This document shows positions 54,128 through 64,000 of a stretch of 64,000 nucleotides of DNA, one piece after another. The stretch comes from Flaccisagitta enflata (lineage: Eukaryota): NCBI GenBank assembly GCA_965153355.1, contig OZ231126.1, forward strand, positions 44,764,001-44,828,000. Reading direction: 5' to 3'. A program made the translations under genes and the position numbers. The first letter of the stretch is position 1. Every line of letters starts with the position of its first letter. The notes below the pieces were generated by a model. That model was not told the origin of the DNA. It ran no database searches and was given only the letters and a program-made list of their open reading frames with translations.

Positions 54128-54365
54128 ATTAGAGTATGGCCAGGGCCCCCGGCCCAGGGGTGTATAAAGTTGAGTGACTTTTGATTTCTTCCCCCCCCCC
54201 CCTTTTGGTCTTTAATTTCCTTCCTCAGCCGATAGAAGAATGTTTTTATTTTCTTCCCCATAGAGTATAAATCTGGTAAAATTTGAGCAAGAATAGTACG
54301 TATGAGTATGAAAATGTGTTGTAGTAATCACATATCACCTTCTTGAAATACCAAAAGTGTTACAT

Positions 54366-55700
54366 TGGTGTGTTCAGGAATTGCAAAAAATGCTAAAAAC
54401 GCCTGTGCCAAAAGTTTGGGTACGGTACATGGTGTATTTAATGAGGGGGAACCATCAGTGGGACTTTTTGTCTAACCATATTAGTGCTCGGATGAGTTTT
54501 AGTTGGCCAAAAATGGCCTAAAATGGCCAAATTTGACTATGGACCCTCTAAGTTGCATAACGGCAAAAACAGTCAAATTTTCACCACCCAACATACTTTT
54601 TTGGCTTAATGGAGTCAGAATTCACTAAAGTAGGTGGTAGAGTGGGTGGGTGGGAGGGGTCACCCATGGGGTGGGGGTAAGGGGGCCAAATTGGCCAAAA
54701 TTCACCTCCTGATGGAGGTGGTCGTAAAAAATGACAAAAATCAAAAAAGTTGATTTTTTTGGTAAGAATAGGTGTTAACTAGTGTGTTTCAGCAAAAAAA
54801 TTGGATTCATTTTGGAAAATGAACAGAAAATGATTAAATCAAAGTGTTGATGGTTGTTGGTAATTTTGGGGTATGAACCATTGAACTTCAATTGCTTATA
54901 ACTTTTTTAAGCTGAGGAGAAAAATCTTTCAAAACTCTTTCAGAATCTCACGGATCTCAACTCATTTCGTTTAAAAATGGCAGTACAGTGATCTCCCAAA
55001 GTACAGTAAATATTGATTTCTTGGGCGATAGAACCATTCAACTTTGACTGTTAATGAATTTTGAATACTTTAAAGCATACAAATTTGGTTGGTCTCATCT
55101 GAAAGAGTTTTCAAAACTCTTTCAGAATCTCATGAATTTCAACTCATTTGGGTCAAAAATGGCGGCACAGTGATCTCACAATCTATAGTAAATATTAATT
55201 TCCTGGGCGATATAACTATTCAACTTTGGCTGTCTATAGATTTTGAATACTTTAAAGCATACAAATTTGGTTGGTCTCATCTGAAAGAGCTTTCAAAACT
55301 CTTTCAGAATCTCATGAATTTCAACTCATTTGGTTCAAAAATGGCGGTACAGTGATCTCACTAAGTACAGTAAATATTGATTTCTTGGGTGATGGAACCG
55401 TCCAATTTTGACTGCTTCTAGATTTTGAACAATTTAGAGTGTAAAGATTGGTTGATCTCATCTGAAAGATCTTTCGAAACCCTTTCAGAATCTCATGGAT
55501 TTCAACTCATTTGGTTGAAAAGTGGTGGTACAGTGATCTCCCAAAGTACAGTAATTTGGTTGGGTTGATCTCATCTGAAAGATCTTTCAAAACTCTTTCA
55601 GAATTTCATTGTTCCAAAAATGACGGTGGTCTCTCAAAGTACGGTAAATATCCATCCAAAAAAATATTGTTACAGCTTTCTTACTATTTTGTATTCATTC

Positions 55701-55791
<91 letters not shown>

Positions 55792-55840
55792 TGTTTGTGT
55801 GTGTTTGTATGTGTGTGTGTCTATGCGCGTGTGTGTGTAC

Positions 55841-55914
<74 letters not shown>

Positions 55915-58900
55915 CTTCTGTGTACAAGACCTTGACATCATCTCGAAGCCGACGTTCAGTTTTGCAAACATGCGTCTTGTGCTTCCTAAGCACTTGTTGG
56001 ACCACCAATTCAGCCGCCGACAGAAGCAAATTGCCAGCAAGAAACAAAAACAAAAACAGGCGCAAGACTCGGCGGTTTGAGGGTGTCTTTGGTCCGTGAG
56101 GCGCATCTATCAAACTGAGATCGCCAAAATCGCTTGAGAATTCAGGAACTTCATTTTTGGTTGAATTAGTCAAGCATCCCTTTTTGGGCAGTGGCCCCAA
56201 AGAGGACGATGTCCTGTAGAACACACGGGGACTTTTGTTTGTTCATTTGTTCATTTGTTTGTTTGTTTGTTTGTTTGTTTGTTTGTTTGTTTGTTTGTTT
56301 CTCCGTTTGTTTGTCCCCCTCTAGCCTCGGGGCTCAAATCCCAGCCTCCAGGCTCAAATCCTAGCCTCCAGGCTAAAATCCCATTCTCAAGGCTTAAGTC
56401 CCAGCCTTGGGGCTCAAATTCCAGCCTTGAAGCTGATATATTAGCCTAAAGGCTCAAATCCTAGCCTCGGGGCTCAGATCCCAGCTTTGAGGCTCAAATT
56501 CCAGCCTTGAGGCTGAAATCCCAGCCAAGAGGCTGAAATCCCAGCCTCGACGCCGAGATTTAAGACTTGAGGCTGAAATTGAGTCTCGAGGCTGGGATTT
56601 AAGCCTCAAGGCTCAAATCTCAGCTTCGAGACTGGAGTCCTATTCTCAAGGCTTTAATCCCCATCTCAAGGCTTAATATCTGTCTCAAGGTTTAAATCTC
56701 AGCCTTGAACTCAAATCCCAGCTTCAACAAACAAATAAATGAATGAAAGTCCCCCTGTGTTCTACAGGACATCCTCACCTTTGGGGCCTCTGCCCTGCTT
56801 ACCATCACCTACAGTCAACAGGTGTCGCTGACCACATATTGCCCTTGGGTAGGGTGTCTGGAGAGGGGGGGTATTTGCAACAAGGTAATGGGGCATAAAA
56901 AGGGAGCATATTTTCTTGATTAGGCATGTGTGGAGGTAGAAAATGACTGGTCTTTTGATTCCTTAGTGTCAGATGTTGCAAGCAAGAGCTCATTCTTTAA
57001 GTATCGCAAATAACCAAAAAAACGGCGAAAATTGCAAAATAATCGCGAGATGTAAAAAAAGATTCAAAAAATCATAACTCAATAAATAATTGTTGTAGAA
57101 GTCAATGTCTCTAACATAGTTGTAAGTTGCCTCTTAGCATACTGTCGTTTTTGGACCAAATCAGCAGCAACTCATGAGTCATGAGGTACTGTGAGGTTTA
57201 CAATATCTACTGTACTTTGGAAGATCAGTGTGCCGCTATTTTTAAACCAAATGGTTGAAATTCATAGGATTGCAGAGAGTTTTGAAAGATCTATCAAACA
57301 AGACTGACTGCTTTTGTTTGCATCAATTAGCTTAAAAGTTATAGGCAATTAAAGTTGAATGGTTCCATATTCAAAAAAAAACAAACAATATTTAATGTAT
57401 TTTGTGAGAACTCTGTACTACCATTTTTAAACCAAATGAGTTGAAATTCATGAGATTCTGAAAGAGTTTTGAAAGCTCTTTCAGATGAGACCAACCAAAT
57501 TTGTATGCTTTAAAGTATTTAAAATCTATAAACAGCCAAAGTTGAATGGTTCTATCGCCCAAGAAATCAATAACACCTCTCACAAAATTAGGCGAACTGG
57601 GATCAGAACGTATACTTTAATCGCGTTTTAAAATTTAAAACATGAGTCCAGGCTAATGATAATATCAAAACATGTTATTTCCATGAGGGTTCTACAAAAA
57701 AATTCCAAATCATGTCAACCAAGAGCTGAAAATAGCTTGATCAAATTATATCATAAAAATTTTAGGTTTAGTTTAGCTTCAAATTTGTCGCTAAAACGAT
57801 TTTATTTGACAAGGGGTTTCAATGCTTTTCGCAGCTGTCTCTGACTGTATCTTGGTACCCAGAACTCATTTTTTGTCTGTTAGTGATATAAGAACCTGAG
57901 AATTGATGTTTTCTTGCATTTTTCGTGGTAAAATTCAAGTAGGTTTATGATGTCTCATTATCAAAAATTTCCACGTCAAAACCAGTCATAATCTTTCATT
58001 GCATTTTTGGCATGACACTTTCTGAGAGCCACGCACTTTCACGGGCACACAATTATGCCCCAATTTGTAAAAATACTATATTTTAGCTACCTCTGTGTCA
58101 AATTTCAGCCCACCGACTCCATTATTTCTATCAATTTTGCTCATTTTGCTAGTTCGTTTAATTATATGAGAGGTGTTATTTACTGTACTTTGTGAGATCA
58201 CTGTACTGCTATTTTTGAGTAGAAATTCATGAGATTCTGAAAGAGTTTTGAAAGCTCTTTCAGATGAGACCAACAAAATTTGTATGCTTTAAAGTATTTA
58301 AAATCATTAACAATCAAAGTTTAATGGTTCTATCGCCCAAGAAATCAATATCTACTGTACTTTGGGAGATCACTGTACTGCCATTTTTGAACAAAATGAG
58401 TTGAAATCCGTGAGATTCTGAAAGAGTTTTGAAAGATCTTTCAGATGAGATCAACCATATTTTTTTTCTCCTCAGCATAAAAAAGTTATAAGCAATTGAA
58501 GTTGAATGGTTCATACCCCAAAATTACCAACAACCATCAACACTTTGATTTGATCATTTTTGTTCATTTTCCAAAATGAATCCAATTTTTTTGCTGAAAC
58601 GCACTAGTTAACACCTATTCTTGCCAAAAAAATCAACTTTTTTGATTTTTGTCATTTTTTACAACCACCTCCATCAGGAGGTGAATTTTGGCCAATTTGG
58701 CCCCCTTACCCCCACCCCATGGGTGACCCCTCCCACCCATCCACTCTACCACCTACTTTAGTGTTATTCTGACTTCATCAAGCCAAAAAAGTATGTTGGG
58801 TGGTGAAAATTTGACTGTTTTTGCCATTTTGCAAGTTAAAGGGTCCATAGTCAAATTTGACCATTTTAGGCCATTTTTGGCCAACTAAAACTCATCCGAG

Positions 58901-59021
58901 CACTAATAGGGTTAGACAAAAAGTCCCACCGATGGTTCCCCCTCATTATATACATCATGTACCGTACCCAAACTTTGGGCACAGGCGTTTTTAGCATTTT
59001 TTGCAATTCCTGAACACACCA
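54366..59021. mobile_element. Non-autonomous Mutator/Foldback-like element, 4656 bp
   Basis: TIRs TGGTGTGTTCAGGAATTGCAAAAAATGC... extend more than 700 bp; 9-bp TSD GTGTTACAT at 54357-65 and 59022-30; ~181-bp tandem subrepeats inside the arms. Confidence 0.92.
56181..56851 (+). mobile_element. GGGCAGCGGCCCC-family element with 20-bp minisatellite, nested in the MULE-like element
   Basis: TTTTTGGGCAGTGGCCCC start; (GAGGCTCAAATCCCAGCCTC)n centre; GCCC-TT-GGGT end. Confidence 0.72.
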
Positions 59022-59362
59022 GTGTTACATCTTAATAACTTTCTTTTTTTTTCTTTTCTAGCTTTTGATTTTTTGTTTTCAAACTTTTTCTCCAAACTGT
59101 TTGACTTTATTCCCCCTAAACTTGACAAATTATACAGTATACTTGACCGAGTATGGTATAGCGTTAAATGGACATATTCTCAATGCGACATTTTTGATGT
59201 CCATGTTTACGACATTTTTGATGTCCATGTTTACGAAAAGACGAAGAACTTTCTTCACCCCATGTTTATGGATACTTTTTGAAACTGTCTCATTAGAAAT
59301 CCAAAAAGTTTTGAATTCCGGAACCATCTGCCTGTCTTTTGTATTTGTCTGTCTGCCCTGGG

Positions 59363-59464
<102 letters not shown>

Positions 59465-59529
59465 CTGTCTATTTGAAGGAGAGAGACCTGAGAGAACAAG
59501 GTGAAAGGTGAATGACCAAAGAAAGAGAG

Positions 59530-59573
<44 letters not shown>

Positions 59574-59616
59574 GAGAGAGACAGAGAGACAGACAGAGAC
59601 AGACAGAGTGAGACAG

Positions 59617-59662
<46 letters not shown>

Positions 59663-59847
59663 GTGGCGAAAGATTAATGGCACGAATGAAGAAGTGCTCA
59701 TGAAATTCATCTTGGAGATGAGCACGTGACTGCGCTTGATTACGCGTGATTGTCTTGGAATACCACGGTACGGATGAATATTAACTGCGCCTACGCGTGA
59801 CCGCTTCTTAAACGAGGCATCGTTTCGTACAAGACGGGATACACGTA

Positions 59848-60410
59848 CAGTAGATCTCGTCTAGACTTGAGATAACGGGGGCAAGCATTGTGGAAAGACG
59901 AATGAAGGTAGGGAAGCGATATTTGGATTAAAGACAAATCAAAGGGTGCTTAATTCCCCATGATAGCTGATTGCCATGGAAACACATTTCCATGTATTCT
60001 TGCTAAAATATCAACATTTTCAGAGATTTTTTTAAGGAACATTGCTTAAAATCAAATTTGCTACAACTTTCTCATAGTATGTTCTGTAAGAATGTCGCTC
60101 GTTTGGCCGTTGCTAGGGAGCGTATCCATGTGTGACAACCCTTAGCAACCACTAAACGAGCGACATTCTTACAGAACATACTGTGGGAAAGTTGTAGCAA
60201 ATCTTATTTTGAAAAATGTTCCCTCAAAAAATTTCTCAAAATATTGATGTTTTAGCAAAAATACATAGAAATGCGTTTCCATGGCAACCAGCTATCATGG
60301 GCAATAAAGCATCCCTTTATTTGTCTGTGTTTCAAATATCACTCCCCTGGCTTAATTTGTTATTCTACAATGCTTGCCCCCGTTATATCAAGTCTAGACG
60401 AGATCTACTG
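59848..60410. mobile_element. Palindromic MITE, Tc1/mariner-pogo type, 563 bp
   Basis: TIRs CAGTAGATCTCGTCTAGACTTGA; TA at 59846-47 and 60411-12; the two halves are complementary almost to the centre (~60130). Confidence 0.92.
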
Positions 60411-61512
60411 TACAACGGTACAAGTGACTTGAAAATAATTGAAAAAAAAATGAACATTTAGCTTTAATTGTCAACAATTTACATATCCCTATTTTTGATC
60501 AACGGGAGCGAGAGGCATCGTTTCATAAACAATTTCATGCACCCTGTTTTGAAAGTTTCACTTTACTAAGTGATTTTTGGTCCAAGACAATCGCTTTATA
60601 ATGAATTGAATTCTTTTTATTTATTTTATTCCATGATTTTCTCGGGTAAAGATTTTGTAGGATTTAACGTGCATCGGCGACGCTCATCGATGAGAGATCA
60701 TATTCGTCGGTCTGTCGGTCAGCTTATCTATCGGTTTGTCGGTTTGCCTGTCGGTCATGCTTTACCCCCGCTTTCGTATTGGTCTGCTTGACTTGGTATT
60801 CTTTGAATTTGTAAAAAACACAAAAAAGTGACACTCTTTTGGTTCTGTTGCTTGGCATAAGTCCAATACTTTCTGTCATTTACTATATTTGGGAAAAAAA
60901 TTGATCTTGAACCTGTAATCTCGTAATAATAAATCGTGAATTTGATAACCATTATGTCTTTATTCGCGTGCTCCATACCCCGCTTTGTCTGTCGGTCGGT
61001 CGGTTGGTCGGTCGGTCAGTTGGTTGGTCAGTCCCCATTTCACTTTTTCGGCATTTAAGTCATTTTTAGTCTTTCTAAGTCATTTTAAATCATATTCAAT
61101 TATTTTAAGTTTCATTAAGTTATATCAAGTCACTTAAGTTAATAAGGTCAATTTGGTCATTTTAAGTTATTTCAGGTCATCTTGAGTCATTTTGAGTCAA
61201 CATAAGTCATTGTAAGTTATTTGTGTACCGCTCGCGGCTTATAGGTGTTGGTCTTGTTTAATGAAATGCTCGTGTTTTTAAAAGAAAGACCCAGTGAAAG
61301 AGAAAAGGACAGAAACATCCAATTTGCAAACTGCTTTATATCAATTTTTCTTCGTTTCCTCCTTAATTTGTTTTTGTTTATTTGTTCGTTTGTTTGTTTT
61401 TCTTTGCTTTTCCCTTTTCCCCTCTTTTTCTTTTTTCTTTGTTTTACTTAATTGTTTTTCCTTTTATCCTGTTTTCTCTTTCTTTTTCTTTTTTCATTTT
61501 TCCTTTTTTCCC

Positions 61513-63140
61513 TTTTTGGGCTGCGGCCCCGAAGGGGACGATTTCCTGTAGAACACAGGGGGACTTTCGTTTGTTCGTTCATCTGTTTGTGCGTGCGTCC
61601 CCCCCACCTTAAGGCTCAAACCTCAGCGGTGAGGCTCAAATCCCAGCCTCGAGGCTCAAACACCATCCTGGAGGCTCAATGCCTAGCCTCAAGGCTCAAA
61701 TCCTAGCATCAAGGCTCAAATCCCAGCCTTGAGGCTCAGATCCTAGCCTCAAGGCTCAAATCCCAGCCTTGAGGCTCAAATTCTAGCCTCCAGGCTCAAA
61801 ACCCAGCCTCAAGGCTCAAATCCCAGCCTCAACGTTCAAATCCCAGCCTCAAAGCTAAAATTTCCAGCCTCGAGGCTCAAATCCCAGCCTTGAGGCTCAA
61901 ATCCCAGCCTCGAGGCTCAAATCCCAGCCTCGAGGCTCAAATTCCAGCCTCGAGGCTCAAATCCCAGCCTCAAGGCTCAAATCTGCACACACGGACGGAC
62001 GAACGAATGAACGAAAGTCCCCCTGTGTTCTACACAACATCATCTCCTTCGGGGCCGCTGCCCTGCTACCCATCACCTTCATTCACCAACATACATAGCA
62101 GGGCAACGGGTATCGCTGACCACATATTGCCCTTGGGCGACTGGTTCTTTTATCCCCTATTTGCAATCTTCTTTTTTTCTTTTCACCTCCCTTTTTGGGC
62201 AACGGCCCCAAAGGGCCGATGTCCTGTAGGACACAGGGGTGAATTTCCATACGTCCATCTGTCCTTCCGTCCGTCCCCCCTCCAAAGCTTCCCTATTGAA
62301 TAACATGGGAAATTGATAAAATGCCAACTTCCCATTGAATAACATTGGAAATTGATGAAAAATGAAAAAGAGGTGAAATTCCCATGGAATAACATGGCAA
62401 ACTGATGAGAAATTGAAAAAATGCAAAACTCCCATTGAATATTATGGAAAATTGCTCCAAAGGCCTCAAATATGCCCTCTCAGGACGTATGGAAATTCAC
62501 CCCTGTCTCTTATAGGACATCGGCCCTTTGGGGCCACTGCCCTGCTCTCACTCCACTTCTTCAATCTTCAGCTATCACTCCATGCAGGGCATCGGGTACC
62601 GCTGACCATGTGCAATCCTTGGGTGACTTGTTGGGCAGAGGCACACAGGGGTGAATTTCCAGACGTCCGTCCATTCGTCCGTACGTCCATGCATACATCA
62701 CCCCAAAGCTTTTAAAGCCTCAAATTCCCATTGGATAACATGGGAAATTGACAAAATACAAACTCCCGTTGAATAATATGGAAAATTTACAAAAAAGCAA
62801 AAAATTGTATGAACGTTGGACAACATTACTACTCCACACTGTATGTTTCCCATTGAATAACATAGAATATTGATGAAAATTGAGAAAAATGAAAAATTTC
62901 CACTGAATAACATGTAAATTGAGGAAAAATTGAAAAAATGCAAAATTCCTTTTGAATAACATGGAAAGTTGCTACCAAGGCCTCAAATATGCCCTCTCAG
63001 GACGTCTGGAAATTCACCCCTGTGCCCCACATTGGCCCTTTGGGGAGGCTGCCCTGCTCTCACTCCGAATCTTCAGCCAATCATTTCAAGCAGGGCATCG
63101 GGTACCGCTGACCATGTGCGATCCTTGGATGACTTGTTCT
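61513..63140 (+). mobile_element. Three clustered GGGCAGCGGCCCC-family elements (61513-62150, 62192-62632, 62631-63140)
   Basis: Same termini repeated three times in the same orientation. Centres are a 20-bp GAGGCTCAAATCCCAGCCTC array or ~41-bp CCCATTGAATAACATGG repeats. Confidence 0.75.
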
Positions 63141-63346
63141 TTTTCTCCCTTCCTTCCTTCCTTCCTTCCTTCCTTCCTTCCTTCCTTCCTTCCTTTCTTC
63201 CTTTCTTCTTTCTTTCCCTACTTCCTTCCTCTTTCTTCCTTTATTTCTTTCTTTCTCTCTTTCCTTTCTTTCTTTCCTTTCTTTCTTTCTTTCTTTCTTT
63301 CTTTTTTGTTTGTTTGTTTGTTTGTTTCTTAGTTTCTAGCTTTCCT

Positions 63347-63458
<112 letters not shown>

Positions 63459-63482
63459 TTTTTCTTTTTTTCTTTCTTTCTT

Positions 63483-63596
<114 letters not shown>

Positions 63597-64000
63597 ATGG
63601 AGCTGGAGGCGAGTGAGAGAAACCGCTGAGGTCGCCATCGGGGTCAACCTGATGGCATAAAGGGTCATCCCTTCCGGGACCATCTGCCTCAGGCTTCGCC
63701 ATCCTAGAACCGTCTTTGCCATAAAGCTTTAAAGTGATGAATCAGGGAAAATAAATTCAGGACTCAGCTAGCTCTGCTTCTGAGGCGCTGAAAGGAGGGA
63801 GGAAAAAAAAAAGAAAATAAAAGACTGATCGCCCTGTCTGATTAGTAATAATGTCACGCCATAACTAGAACAATTTTGGTTCAGCATAGATTTTATGAGT
63901 GCTTGCAATTAATAGCCAAAAAGCGCATTTCTATAAAACACAATGTAGCAGAAAATTTGCACCGGTCTGTATCGGTAGAATTTGCATTTAAACGGAACGA

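Noticed and set aside
54360-59027. CACTA/Harbinger reading of the 4.7-kb element (CAC/T ends, TTA TSD)
   Set aside because: A 9-bp TSD with perfectly matching TGGTGTG termini explains the junctions without a mismatch.

Overview
Repeat-dominated eukaryotic (most likely invertebrate animal) genomic DNA. Supported host genes: a 4-exon secreted two-domain Kazal protease inhibitor (36621-38582, +) and a family-B-like 7TM receptor with a CUB-like/somatomedin-B ectodomain (last exons 51581-51709 and 51939-54127, +; candidate first exon at 46382). The most notable element is an intact, full-length single-ORF APE-RT non-LTR retrotransposon of Ingi/Vingi type (28263-31752, -) with a 13-bp TSD and (CAA)n-like tail. 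Its extreme 5' end folds by hand into an HDV-like ribozyme, followed by a degenerate 2A-like NPGP peptide. A ~16.8-kb non-coding block (6445-23237) is bounded by imperfect inverted repeats and filled with two related ~1-kb satellites that share a 206-bp palindromic cassette. The rest is TA-targeting MITEs, two 4-5 kb foldback-type elements (one with a 9-bp TSD), many Helentron-like (HINE/DINE-like) short elements, minisatellites and long microsatellites. Almost all other ORFs in the track are artefacts of simple repeats. All calls were made by eye; no searches or folding programs were run.
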